A stretch of DNA of 63,840 nucleotides, filler included, from Rhabdomonas costata (GCA_019059605.1; 57 parts of 57 records of this genome joined end to end with filler, not necessarily neighbours in it); one strand, 5' to 3'; numbered from the whole stretch's first letter, positions 23,557-36,590 are shown. The notes: a model not told the origin generated them from the sequence alone. Translations and numbers: made by a program.

Positions 23557-24578
23557 GGGGGTTTTGGTTGGAGAGCCGAGCTCCCTGACTGGTGTGCTAG
23601 AGGAGCTTACCCACCAATTTCAGCAACTCGGCCTTCGAGTTAATGTCACCAAGTGCAAGCTGTGGAGCCCGCAAGGAGTGACACACGACACTCCCGTTCC
23701 TGTGTCAGACTGGGGCTCGGTTAAGCCCGTTCTGGGGACCCCACTTGGCTGCGGCCGTCTCCCAATTCCTCGGCGAGGTTCGGTGCAAAGATCATGCATT
23801 ACTGCAGCGACTGGCAAAGTTCCGTGATCCTCAGGTCGCACTGTGTTTGCTGTCTGCCGGACGCCCTCGTGGAAGCAGTGCTGTCTTCCCATTCGTCTCG
23901 GAGGGTTCGGCATTCAAAGCCCTTCCCTGACCCAGAGTGCCGCCCACTTCACTTCGGCTTTGGCCGACTACTCGGAAGCGTTCTCCACGGAAGGTGAATC
24001 GTCTCCAACAGCAAACCTGTGGTCCCCTGCCCGCATCCTGTGCGACCACTTAGAGTCTAGAGTCTCCCGAGCTACTGCAATGGCTTGCACAGGGCGCCCT
24101 CCCTCAGCCGAGTCAGATCGTTAAGGACCAGCTGTTTGCCCAGAACTACTGGGCTGACAAAGTGTATGTGTTTCTTTAGAAGGAACTTCTCGCAGAAGCC
24201 CCTCTCCGGGACAAGGTGAGATTTCTGAGCTTGGGCAACCTTCATGCAGGTGCATGGCTCGGTGTGGCTCCAAGCACTAACCTCGGGTTCCGTTTTGACA
24301 AAGGGGAGTGCTTGCTGCTAACTTACTTTCATCTGGTATTTCACTTCTAGCTACAGTGGCCGGTACTCCCTGTGATCTTTGCAGTCAGCCCGTGGACGTG
24401 GGGATCATCTAGTCGCGTGTCCAAAGGCGGGGACGTGGAAGCGACACAACAGCTTTTGCGCAGCTGTCGCGGAATTTGGAATTTGGGGACAATGTTGGCC
24501 TCCTCGTGGACACAGAAGTCCAGGTTGAGGGTCGGGAACGGCCCGCGGACCTCCTGCTGTAACATTGTACCCAAAACC
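23557..24578 (+). mobile_element. Degenerate CRE-clade non-LTR retrotransposon: RT thumb, zinc knuckle and start of the restriction-like endonuclease
   Basis: Across frameshifts: LGLRVNVTKCKLW, VLGTPLG, LPIRLGGFGI, AGAWLGVAPS, CDLC...HLVAC, KRHNS and EVQVEGRERPADLLL (RPAD of the REL endonuclease). Confidence 0.85.
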
Positions 24579-25541
24579 NNNNNNNNNNNNNNNNNNNNNN
24601 NNNNNNNNNNNNNNNNNNNNNNTTAATTAATTAANNNNNNNNNNNNNNNNNNNNNNNNNNNNNNNNNNNNNNNNNNNNGGGGTGTGGTCGGCGTTTTCTC
24701 CTGTGGTAGAATTCGATGTCTCTCCACTTACTTGCTTCCCATATTGTTACGAAACCATCTTTTTTAACGTCTTGGTACAAACATTTGGGCCTAAAATGGA
24801 AAAAATGGCAATGTCCGTGCAAATGAGAATTTAGCCGCAAGGAAATTCAAACCAAAAACTGCAGAGTAATGCAAAAGGAACGAACCGCACCGCATTTCAG
24901 TACTTTGGAACATAAAGGTCTTTTCCTCTGCTACCATGTGTTACTGTAGGGATGGTGTAAGCAGGTCATGCCGAAACCGATTGACTTTGCCTGGGCTTGT
25001 CACTGGCCTTAAAATGCGAAGGATCAGTACCTCAACCGATCGGTTGCCGGCTTTGTTTCGAGTTGCTGTGGCTCCGCATAGGCACTTCCTCTCTGTAGGT
25101 TCAACCTACTGTTAGGACTAAATAAAGAACAACACAATCCCTGTAGTCGGGTTTGGTCTAAAGAAGCATCGTCAAGCTCAATTGATTCAACAATTGAGGC
25201 AAAGGAAATTCCTCCAAATCCTCAGCTCTCGTTTCCGGAGCGCTCAATCCAACCGTGTCAATCTTTCAAGCATTCGGTATGATGAGGTAATTATTCTGTC
25301 TGCCTCTTTTTTTATTTCTCTGTTCCGTGAGGCCCTCTCGCGGCAGTTTCTCCAGGTGGATCTGGTTTTAGAGTTTCCAGCCGCGCTCCTCCGCGGCAAC
25401 AAATATGGAGTCCGGGGAGTTCAGCCGCATAACGGTGCATATATGCCGAGTATGCAAAGGCATTTTTATACAACATCAACATACATGATGTGCATAAAAA
25501 GTCTCTTTATTGTCTTACATGCACCTCTTATCTTCACGTAG

Positions 25542-25700
25542 CATGAGTTGTGCAGTGGATTATCCCGTAGTATCATGTAGTAGGTATTATTGACAGTCTT
25601 CACTGGCACAGCTGGTATGGTGTGCATAGGGTACCATTGGGTAGAGTGTCAATAATACCTACTACATGATACTACGGGATAATCCACTGCACAACCCAAC
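25542..25700. repeat. Terminal fold-back inverted repeat (~49-bp arms)
   Basis: gttgtgcagtggattatcccgtagtatcatgtagtaggtattattgaca (~25547-25595) recurs as its reverse complement at ~25647-25695, next to the contig end. Confidence 0.9.
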
Positions 25701-25969
25701 NNNNNNNNNNNNNNNNNNNNNNNNNNNNNNNNNNNNNNNNNNNNTTAATTAATTAANNNNNNNNNNNNNNNNNNNNNNNNNNNNNNNNNNNNNNNNNNNN
25801 TTTTTGTTGGATGCAGTGTTTGCCCACCCTCTGAGCCGATCCTTGCAGCGGTCAACACCGGCTGCTGGTGCTTATTTTTTCCGTTTCCTGGTCACTATCA
25901 TCATTTCAATAATCCCTCATCATTATTTCATTTAGGAATGGGTTTGTTTTCTGTACTTTGTGCCCTTAG

Positions 25970-26427
25970 GTCGAGGGAAAGCTGAAACTTGAGCTTCAGC
26001 CGTGCGACAAGAATGGCAAGCCCGGGCCCTGGGATGATGCCGAGGAGGACCTGGACCCCTTCGTCGATGATCCACAAGAGCTCCTCGGTGCTGGCGCGGC
26101 GTGTGTTTCTGGGGCGGGCTTTGGCGTCGAGCGTTTTGATGTGTAGTTGTGCTGACTCTTCTTGGCAACAGGCTTTGCTAGTGTTTTCTCGAGCCAGTGC
26201 CAGTGCCACGGTTTCTTAGGCTTGCTTGTGCGCCGGGCGATCAACTGCTTTTGCTTGGGGACTATTGTGCTGTGCACAGTGCCCCAGTTGGTCATCACCC
26301 AATCCATTGACCCGTTCCTTTCTGTCGCTGCCTTTGTAGACAAGGACATCACGTTCGAGGTTCGCGTGCATGGCGTCTTGCTGGACGTGAGTGGTGGCGT
26401 TTGCCGCTACAAGAAGACCTTCGTGAG
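25970..26427 (+). CDS. Kinesin-3 (KIF28/KLP-6-like) tail region, two exons (25970-26087, 26340-26427)
   Basis: Phase-compatible GT-AG splice gives VEGKLKLELQPCDKNGKPGPWDDAEEDLDPFVDDPQELL-D-KDITFEVRVHGV...YKKTFVR, matching the PCDxxG...FVDDPxELL motif of KIF28-like kinesins. Confidence 0.7.
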
Positions 26428-27842
26428 GTCTCTCTCCACGCTCTTGCTTTGAATATCTGCATAGCTTATTCTTTCCGGTAAACCACCGGAGCGTCACTTA
26501 ATGATACTTACCCTGCAGGGGCACGTGGAAGTTGTAACCGTTTTTTCACGATGGCAAAAAAAGGTTTACGCAGGGGTCCCGAAAAACGTAAAAACAGAAA
26601 GACAGAAAATTCTCTGCCGAAGATGACTTCACAGAATTCGACCTTTGGCCTCCGTCGAGTTGGGTGTGACCCGGGTGATCGAAAGCGAAGCTTTTCTCCT
26701 TTGTGGCATCACTATGCTAGCTGCTCAGGATGTCGTTTTCTTTAATGCTATACATTGGGTAAGGTTTCTGTCTTTTATGAAGATGCCACGTACCGGGATC
26801 TAGGAACATGCATAAGAGAACGNNNNNNNNNNNNNNNNNNNNNNNNNNNNNNNNNNNNNNNNNNNNTTAATTAATTAANNNNNNNNNNNNNNNNNNNNNN
26901 NNNNNNNNNNNNNNNNNNNNNNGTTTTGGTGTCCGGTGCCCCCCCCCCAAAAAAAAAGAGGAACATTTTCGTTTTCTGTGTCCGTTTTGCTGCTGCATGT
27001 GAGCCTTACATGCTCCTTGCTTTTCTGTATGTTACGTGTGCAATCAGTGGTGCGAAGAATGCGGACAAAAGAAACCAACCTCGCTTCAGCCATCTCTTAA
27101 TGGCAGGTTGCCGGAGGTTCCTGTTCTTTCCAACCTCCAAGCCCTCTCGTTCCACAAGCACTGGCAGTCTTGACCGCGCGCACCACCCTGCTTGGTGCAA
27201 ATCCCTTCTCGGATGTCTTTGCTTCTTGGCAAGTCTGTTCACCGCATGCACCACGCAGGCCTCCCAAAAACTTCTCTGGCTATTTCTTTTTTGTCTGTCT
27301 GATGTGAATTAGTTCATCCCATTTCTCGCCTTCTTTCTTGCCTTTCTCGGGGGCAGAACACATGTTCCAGTGCCGCTTCTTGCGGGGAGATTGCTTTTCA
27401 ACGCCAGCTGATTTTTGGGCTTTGAATTTTTTGCACTTTATATGCGTCTTGCCCAACTAGAGTGTGATTTTCATGGTCAAAGCCGAGTACGTCGTTTTTT
27501 TCCTATGTCTGCAGACGGGGTTTCGGGGCAGTTTCGTTGTGAGACGGCATAGTATGGGTATTTTAGGTGCTTCGTTGGATCTGATCATCAGTGCGAGGTG
27601 ACCAACGTAATCCAACTGAAATGTCACGCTTTTTGGTCCACCAAGTTTCAATAATCTGTTGGAATCTACCAAACTGCCAGTTGCCATCGAGGGCACGAGA
27701 TCTCGGTGGAATGTGGTGAAAAGCACACGATTCCTCCAGTGTGTTCCTAACCCTTGCTGAGGTGTTAGTGGATCGCTCTCCACAGTGCAGGTTGTCACTA
27801 CTGAGAAGTGACAGATGCCGAAAGGCACATCTGGATTTTTAG

Positions 27843-27944
27843 TTTTTGGTTTAGTAGTGTTTTGGTAATGCCCTGTACTTCGTTGAGGTGCACTTGTGGC
27901 CCAGTGAAAGCCAGGGCATTACCAAAACACTACTAAAACAAACA
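27843..27944. repeat. Terminal fold-back inverted repeat (~26-33-bp arms)
   Basis: tttagtagtgttttggtaatgccctg ... cagggcattaccaaaacactactaaa at the contig end. Confidence 0.85.
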
Positions 27945-28270
27945 NNNNNNNNNNNNNNNNNNNNNNNNNNNNNNNNNNNNNNNNNNNNTTAATTAATTAA
28001 NNNNNNNNNNNNNNNNNNNNNNNNNNNNNNNNNNNNNNNNNNNNGGGGGGGCGATGAGTGGTTGAACCACACATTGCAGCGAATTTTCAAAATTTTCAAA
28101 AGGTGCTTGTTTTGCGCTTCGCACCAGCATTTTCCTCTTCCTCCGAGCTGCTGGTGAATTCGGACAGCCGTCCTTTGCTTACAGGTTCCCAGACCAGTAA
28201 TTTTGCCCAGTGTCTAACCGTTGCTTTTTTATCTCTGCTTTTTTCGAGCCCCTACACAAAAAACTGAAAG

Positions 28271-28969
28271 GGAGTTACATCCTTATGGATCCCTTTTCCG
28301 AGGGGTTCCGCGTCACCGACGTCGCTGGGCTTCCTCGTGGCACACGGACGATGGTCGAGCAGGTGTGGCAACAGAACTGGGGCCTTCGAGGGAGGACTGG
28401 GGGCGGGGGCGTGCCTGGTACGGTTGCCCATCTGCGATGTTCTTTGACTGTCTTGACTTGTTCGTTGACTTGACTCTTGACATGTACTCTGTCCCATCGG
28501 GGGAACGTTAAAATACAACTGTGGCGGAAATCCCTTCAGAGCAACACACTGTGGACTTCAGATTGTATGAACTTATGAACTCGCTGACGTGCTTTTTTTA
28601 ATGTCGTCGATCATGGTGTCGGTTCAAAACACCCGAACTTTCCCTGAGTAATTGGTTTGAACAAGCATCCTTGGTGGTCGGCCTTGGTGGTCGGCTTTCA
28701 CCGCGATTCCTTGGCTTTCACACAATTCGTTCTAACCCCAGTTCACCAGGGGGAGGGGGAGCTATGGTATGCACAGTACCGTTGGCAGTCGCGACAGCGC
28801 TGTGGGTTTTTGAGATCCCGAACGGGGGGTGCTGCTCGGAGCGCATTGGATGCCGTTGTGTGTCCCGCAGGTGGCTGAGGTGGGCTGGCTCTACCGCAGA
28901 TTGACGGAGTGCGCCAGCGCCCCTGCGAAGGATAGCATCATCCACCAGAGCCTTTGCTCAGCGCTGAAG
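28271..28969 (+). CDS. TUBGCP3: Gamma-tubulin complex component 3 (GCP3/Spc98), two exons (28271-28362, 28871-28969)
   Basis: Phase-0 splice gives SYILMDPFSEGFRVTDVAGLPRGTRTMVEQ-VAEVGWLYRRL...IHQSLCSALK, matching the ELGWLyxk...QSFCxAL block of GCP3. Confidence 0.75.
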
Positions 28970-29224
28970 GTTGCCCTTCTCCCCCCCCCTCTCCTTCGGC
29001 AGTCTCTCTACCATCCAAACCACGCTCTTTTTCCTCTGACACAAACACCCACCCACACCCACCACANNNNNNNNNNNNNNNNNNNNNNNNNNNNNNNNNN
29101 NNNNNNNNNNTTAATTAATTAANNNNNNNNNNNNNNNNNNNNNNNNNNNNNNNNNNNNNNNNNNNNTTTTTTTTGGGAAAGGTAATGATTTTTTTGATTT
29201 TGGGAGTAGATTCCAGTGGAGCAC

Positions 29225-29340
29225 CTGGCAATTGGAAATCTCGACAGCACAAGCAGGCCCGCGTCTTGGCCAAACACAGGGTTGGCTGGCTTTGACAGCG
29301 CGGCGTACTCCAGGCCAGCGCTCCGGGCTGTCTGAAGAAG
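29225..29340 (-). CDS. Endonuclease/exonuclease/phosphatase (neutral sphingomyelinase-like) exon
   Basis: AG|LLQTARSAGLEY...QDAGLLVLSRFPIAR|GT contains the DxGLxxLSRxPI motif. Confidence 0.7.
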
Positions 29341-32186
29341 CTGAGAGAGCAAAGCACAATGGGAGGGTGGCTTTGGCTGGAGCTTTGGCTGGAGCCTCGA
29401 AAAATGAAGCACAAGGACGAGCTTGGAGCTGTCGTCGGCTTGATTCTGGCCAGATTCGACTGTGACGTTGGTAGGCACCAGGCCGCCGAGAGCCATTTCC
29501 CTGGGCCCCCTTACGAGGGTATAGAGGCAGGTGGGTTTTTTGTGCGTATGGTTGGTTGTCGTAGATAAACCCTCCGCTCCACAAAATTTGAAGGACACGG
29601 GTGGGAACCGGCCTGAGGGTGCAAGGGCCGCCCGCGCATCGTTTCAGGAGGCCCACTGTATACAAAAGACCCCGGGCCTGCCTCGGCTTAGCCCTCTAGA
29701 GTAGGCTAAACTGAAGTTTCGCACGTTCCTCTCCTTTTCCACCACAGTCACACATTTATATCTCTCATTCCCTGTGTTCCGGAACCCACCCCACCCCTCC
29801 CCTCCAAGTACTGCAGATGTATTCTGCCACGGCACTGTGCTGTACGACGACCGGGTCACTGGTCACGTGAAGAGTTTTGTGTCTTTCATGTGCGAAACGA
29901 AAGTTTGCGCAGCAAACCTCTGGGATTCCATCCACTCCTGGCTGCTTCCACTGCGGAATCCGTGATCCGTTTCTCCACTGCACCTGAGCTAACCGGATCT
30001 TTTGCCATATCTTCCTCAGTTGCTGCTTTCGTGGACCCTCTGTCCAAAATCTCCTGGAAAATTCTGCACACTGCTTCCAGGACCACTTCTTTCAAAACGG
30101 ACTGATTTCTTCCGCCACCCCTCCACATGCTTCCAAGGGTACAGGAGTCGCTGCCTCCAAGATGTGCTGCATCAACAGCACCCCCCACANNNNNNNNNNN
30201 NNNNNNNNNNNNNNNNNNNNNNNNNNNNNNNNNTTAATTAATTAANNNNNNNNNNNNNNNNNNNNNNNNNNNNNNNNNNNNNNNNNNNNTTTTTTTATAT
30301 AGTTATTATTAGTTATTATATATAGTTTGCCATGTTTTTAAGTTTATGCACCCAGTAATCACCACGTCCTTGAAGTGCACTTGGCCCGGGTTTTGAGCGA
30401 TACTTCGGCAAACTTTCTTGTAGAACTCTGGGCCAATATTGCAAGTCGATGAAATGGCAGCTTGGAACGAGAATTATGTTTTCTTTTCCGGCCTCATAGC
30501 ATATGGCAAGCTTCTTTGTGCAGTTTTTGCCCCGCCAGTTGACGAGTAAGGCCCACGTCCGTGTTTGCCCCCATTAATGGGGCCGGACGCTATAATAGGC
30601 ATAATGGACGCACGCTGGCAGACGGAAAGTAAAATCACGTACACTCCTGTCTTTGCGGGTGTGCCCCCGCTTGCTCTTGATCTTTGGTTTGTCCTATTCC
30701 TTTGGCGCCACCGTGTTGGGAGCGTTGAAAATGTGCAAGAATACGACCGTGTGGGTATAACATCAAAATCGGGGACATGCGGCCTCATGGCCAACAAATG
30801 GTTCGGGCGGGAGCTATGAATGTGCGTTTTGGCCATAGCAGGGCCGCGACCATAACTGGAACCAAAACGAGACCAGAGCTTGGTGGAGAGTGGCCCGTCT
30901 TCATGGGTCTTGTAACGTTCGCCGGGTGATGTTTAGATCGGTATGCCCGTTGAAAAATTGGCCAGTAATTGGAAAGGAGACGATGCCCAAGCGCGGAAGA
31001 GGATGGATGTAAAGGTTGGCAACGTCCTCCCCTTCTATTCGGGAGTCCCGCCTGGTGATGCCATATGAAACGCGCGGGGGCTGTTCCATCACATAGATGG
31101 TGACGACTATGAAGTCCATTTGTAGCCAATATTTCTGCGGGGCCCAATGTGGTGCCACCACATCCACTAGTGTTTCCTCTCCTCCCCGCTCCACAGTTTC
31201 CCGCCCCCTTTTGCAGCACCGCTGGTTTTCAATTCCAAGCAAATGTTTAACGTCATCAGTGCCAAAACATCCGTTCCCAAACATGGACCGCGCCCCTGAT
31301 GGAAAATTAAANNNNNNNNNNNNNNNNNNNNNNNNNNNNNNNNNNNNNNNNNNNNTTAATTAATTAANNNNNNNNNNNNNNNNNNNNNNNNNNNNNNNNN
31401 NNNNNNNNNNNGGGTGGTGTTGTAATTTACCGCTCTCTGCGCCTCTGCCTATGGTTTATAGTGTGGAATGTCAGTCTGAGGGGTTGGTGAACTGTCCGCC
31501 CTTTTTGAAGATGTAACTCTTTGGCTCGTTACGTGACCGCCGCTTGCGGTGTGCCTTCATGGGGGTAATCAGTGTTTGGGGTTATGTCTCTTATGGGCTC
31601 TATGTATGCGCTCAGTGGACGTTGGCCTGAAGATGTACGAGAACGAGCCATGGGAGACGAATATTTGTCTGTCCATTACATAAGACTCACCTAAGGAGGG
31701 TCCAGTTGGCAGTTAGCCTTTTCAGATGTCGATTTCAAAATGTGGTCCCATTTTCCATGCCTTTACCTTTCATTTGAATCAGCTGGTCAGAGGTCGATCG
31801 CCAGTCAGAACTTTCGGCTCGTTGTATCGCGTTTGTGGGCCGGTCTGATCCCAACGACAGTGCCTTTTTTCGTTCCCTGTGGTGGTAAGCCCACTGAGAA
31901 GCACTGACGAGAACATCTAGTTACTTGGGCAATGCCACAAATGTTGTTAAAGGCGGCGCGAGGGAAGCATTGCTGGAGCTGAGTTTCTCCGTTTTCTATG
32001 GAAAAATGTTCATTGTTTCAATGCTGCTGCTGCTGATGGTGCAGCGTCAGGTTAGTGTTGGCTTCTATGGGATGCAGGCACAATCCTTTCACTCCCACTC
32101 GCCCACCACAGTTTTTCGTTTTTCATTTTCGCTCGAGGTCGATTATTTTGCCTGGTGTCCTGTTTTCCTGCGACCTTGGCGTAGGG

Positions 32187-32433
32187 ATGATGAGACTCCC
32201 TGCCGAGTCCCTTGTTGGGGTGTTCGTCTGCCTGCCCATTGGGGAGCAGGTAGGTCTGCGGCAGGTGTGCCAGGGGTTCCGTACCCTCGTCCACAAGTTC
32301 CTCGCCCCAAGGTGGAGGCTTATACTCCGCCGCCCTGCCAAGAACCCCGAGGCCTCAGAAACCCTTCCGCTCAACCTGCTTGGCCTTATCACGGAGGTGT
32401 CGATCAAGGACCTGATTCTCGCCAAGGTCTTTC
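32187..32433 (+). CDS. F-box protein, N-terminal fragment
   Basis: MMRLPAESLVGVFVCLPIGEQVGLRQVCQGFRTLV matches the LPxExLxxIFxxL...VCxxxR F-box consensus. Confidence 0.75.
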
Positions 32434-34489
32434 NNNNNNNNNNNNNNNNNNNNNNNNNNNNNNNNNNNNNNNNNNNNTTAATTAATTAANNNNNNNNNNN
32501 NNNNNNNNNNNNNNNNNNNNNNNNNNNNNNNNNGGGTGGTTTGAAAAACTAAAAGCGGGATGGCCTTTTTTACGACTGAAAAAGAACCACTAAAAAACGT
32601 AAAAGAAACGTGAAAACCACGAGTCCCCCCCCCCACATCAACGAGAAAGAAAACTCTGCCAAGAAACATTGCTCGGTGCCGCTGAGTTTTTACTGAATTC
32701 AAATCTCAGATTTCAGGTTTCAGATTTCAGGTGTTCTTGTGAGCAGTCGGGTATTGTTAAAGCAGGGTAACCTTATCGTATCTCATTGTGTGTCTCGGGG
32801 TGTGTATCTCGTTTACCAGTCCTCCGAATGTTTCGACTTGTTGACTTTCTTCTTTGTTTAGGGACAGTTGTGTCTCGACTTCTTGGCGTCGTGGTACATT
32901 GGGGGCAGGCGTTTTTCAAAAGCACAAAGTTGCAAATTTGCCATGTTCCCCAGAAAAGTTCCATTTGATACCCATCTTAGTTCAGCCTAGAATCGAAATC
33001 TGGCACATCCGCGAACTGGGATTGACATTTGACATTGACATTTGTGTCAAAGGACCGAAGTGTGGGAAAGGCGCAGGCACTAACCTGAAAATATGACAAG
33101 GTGGTTTCCTGAGTTCTGGGTTGTTCTTGTAGGAACTATCGGCGCGAGCGCTGAGGCCAAGCCCCCGCCACACCATGAACGCCGCCCGCTCGGCTTCCCC
33201 GCGGCTTCGCCCGCCCTCCCGCCAGGCAGAAACTCCCCGTGAAGAGACGATCGAGCGGGCCGTGACAGACCCCATCGGAATGCCCACCCTTTTTTGTGGT
33301 GGTGGTTCACGTGGTGGTGTAAGAGGTGAAAGAGAGAACAGTGTTTGGATGAGGCAGGGCTCTAACTTCTTTCTTCTGAAGCAGCCTGCGATTTGGTTAC
33401 CACCCTTTCCATTTTTCGAACAAATCTCCGCCCCCCCCCCTCTCTCTTCAATCTCTTTCTTTAACAGCATTCCCAATGAGCTTTGATGTCGAGAATAACC
33501 CTTTCTGATTCACCTGTGACATTATTTGAGGCAGCAGCCCGTTTTTTTCTCTCTGNNNNNNNNNNNNNNNNNNNNNNNNNNNNNNNNNNNNNNNNNNNNT
33601 TAATTAATTAANNNNNNNNNNNNNNNNNNNNNNNNNNNNNNNNNNNNNNNNNNNNTGATACAAATTACACAAGCCTGTACATGGGACAATTCAAGATACC
33701 AAATGAACTTGAACTCAAACTGCACCCCCCAGTGCAGAGTTTGCGCACGCAGGTCAACCAATCAACAACACTGATTGAAGACATCAGGTAAAGCTCAAAG
33801 GGTGCAAAACAACCAAGAGAACCATCCCAAGAGCGAGGACTGGGGGAGATAGCCTTGATCATCAGGATACCGCCTCGCAGGACGTTTCCTTCCTCCTTGG
33901 CAGGCCTAGATCACCACCACCACACCACAGATCTTGTGCAATGTGAGGGGGCAAGAGGGAGAGGGCCTTCCAAAAGGGGGCCATTTTGTGCAAGGCAGTC
34001 TGCTCTGGTGCAGATACTTGCACGGAAAAATGACTCCAATGGCGGAAAATGATGGGAGCGGATGGGTACATGGCTACAGAAGAGATCAAGGCAATACGGT
34101 ACAAGCACGCACAAGTACGCGTTGGTTGGGCAGGATCCCAGCGAGGACGACGCCCAATGGGGAAAGCTCTGAAAAAGTGTTAGGGTTCGTCTGTGCACAT
34201 TTTTTCAATACGGGACCTTTTCGCCGGACCTGGGGTTTGGAGTCCTAGTCGATGGCGCAGTCCCTTGAAAGGCAAAGGAAAGCGTATCGAGGACCGAACC
34301 ATCACCCGAAAGGGAAGAAAGAAATCAAACACAAAAGCTATGCTATCTTGAGAGCATCACTCAATCACCCCACTTCCCTTTCCACCCGCTCCATTACGTA
34401 ACTACACATTCAAAACAACCACGCAAATGTAAGTCCCAAAACACCCATTCCAGGTCTGCAGGTCAAATATATATCTCAGAAAAATCCAC

Positions 34490-34677
34490 CTACAGCCTCT
34501 TGTTAACTTGATTAAAGCTCACCAAACCATCTGGTGGTTTGGCAGTCTCCAAAAGCCTCTGTAGCATCTCGAACATCGCCGCAGTGTCGATCGGCTTCCC
34601 CAGCACCCCCCCCATCCCGGCCTCCACGCACGCCCGAGTGCCCTCCGCGTCGCAGTTCCCCGTGATCCCCACCACCA
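34490..34677 (-). CDS. C-terminal half of a response-regulator receiver domain (hybrid histidine kinase type)
   Basis: VVGITGNCDAEGTRACVEAGMGGVLGKPID matches IxxLTxN...CxxAGMxxxLxKP, followed by a stop. Confidence 0.8.
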
Positions 34678-36406
34678 NNNNNNNNNNNNNNNNNNNNNNN
34701 NNNNNNNNNNNNNNNNNNNNNTTAATTAATTAANNNNNNNNNNNNNNNNNNNNNNNNNNNNNNNNNNNNNNNNNNNNGTTGTGGTTGGCTGCAAGCATGA
34801 GTGTGTGTGTGTGTGGGGGGGGTGCTAACCACTTTGTGGCACCGCCTGAATGCTTTTCCTCTTCTTGTTGTTTTTGCTTTGCAAGCTCTTTCTTTCGCAA
34901 GATTCCTGAGAGGAAGCTGCGAAAGAAGCGAATGTAGGTTGTGCACGTGTTATCATTTCTTCGTTGTTCGCGGCGGCGGGGAATGTACGTTTCATCGCTC
35001 GCACGTGAGTCAAGCTCAGTATGTGTCACCAGTCACTTGATGTACTTTATATCTCTTTGCGAAAGAGAAGGGCTTGAGACGCGATCAGGCCACTTGCACA
35101 GTGCGTGGCGTGCCCGCTCTTGCGCTGCTCTGTGGCTTCCTGAGACGATAGGTTTCATGAGCAAAAAGGCGTCAGAGGCAAAACGAGACAAAGGGATGAA
35201 ACATCTGTTGAATGGGATCCTCTTCTAAACTCTTTTTTTTCGATGATCCCTCTCTGCAAAGTGGTCCCATGTGTAGGCGTGCTCGTGAATCTGACTTGGG
35301 GAATGGGGTCCTTTCGCATTCTGAACAGTCCGGTTTATGCTCGGTAATCTTTTCCTGCATAACGAAGGTGTTTAGGACCACCCGCCCCCTCCATAAAAAT
35401 GCAGTTGTGGTTTTTCTTGAGGTTTTGTTTGACCTAGAACCTGAAAAAACTGTCTGCGCGAAATATTAGATGATCTAAGGTTTTGCGCTCCTCGACCCAA
35501 GAAATTCTGGTCATTTCCCTCCAACCACGTGCAATCCTTCTATCGGTGACGCGATGGTGCATACGCACCAAGAAATAATCCTCTGACGCAAGTTCATCGC
35601 CCACAAACCCCTTGTGAGTCCAAATAACCTCTCGAAAGAGTTCCAGGACCCCTTCTTTTTTATTTGCCCGTGGGTAACCCGGTCTGACGTTTTTTTGAGA
35701 GGGGGCAGCATTAGTTTACTGGCAAAGCGTTGGCCTGGAGTGTCTATGGGACTTTTTACGGATTGGTTTCGGAAATTTGGTGTGCTGCCAACCCAAANNN
35801 NNNNNNNNNNNNNNNNNNNNNNNNNNNNNNNNNNNNNNNNNTTAATTAATTAANNNNNNNNNNNNNNNNNNNNNNNNNNNNNNNNNNNNNNNNNNNNTTT
35901 GTGTTGGGTAGGCGCAGGTGCACCTGGAAATGGGAAGAGCGAGCAGGAAGCAGGTAAGAGGAGGCAAGTTAGGGTACTAACAACAGGGGACAGTAAAAGT
36001 TCTTGGGGGTGCGGGGTAGAAATGTGGGTTGGTCGGATTTGATTTGGGGCCGAAGCGGGCGGGCCCCCGAGACGACTGGAGGGTGGAAGGGTACACAATT
36101 CTAAAGTAATGCCGTATATTTACGAGTCTGTGTCCCTTCAACATTTTAACAACAATTTAATAGCATTTGGCTGGTGTCCGTGGCTTTATGCCTTTCAAAA
36201 ATGGCGAAGAATCGCAAAAACTCAACCAGTGGATAACTCATTACAAAGAAGCTATGTTTAGTTTGGGTTTGAGCACCCAGCCAGCACCAGCCCATCCGAA
36301 ACAAAGCGTACGTACTAAGGGGTAGAGACAAGCGGACAGACGGCAATTGAAAAGGGCGGTTGAGGGACGGTTGCATTTTGTGTGCATCTTTGTTGCGGGT
36401 GGATAC

Positions 36407-36590
36407 CATCGTTGTCGTAGGTAGTGCACTCGTCGTAGACCACGCCGTGGTAGACGAAGGGGAACATGCATGGCGTTCCCTCATGGGCGGTGCCCAGTCG
36501 GCCGACGCAGAACTTCCCCAGCGCGGGGGGCGGCGGCGGGGGGACTACGTCGCGGCATCGCCCACAGTCACCATAGTCGCCCAGGAACAC
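36407..36590 (-). CDS. Exon encoding a fibronectin type II (FN2) domain after a poly-Pro linker
   Basis: GTAHEGTPCMFPFVYHGVVYDECTTYDNDG|GT matches GxPCxFPFxYxGxxYxxCTxxxxxG. The 5' boundary is approximate. Confidence 0.8.

Noticed and set aside
29818-29965. Plus-strand exon-like frame opposite the phosphatase gene, as a nested or overlapping gene
   Set aside because: It has no recognisable motif and cannot be distinguished from a chance frame without transcripts.
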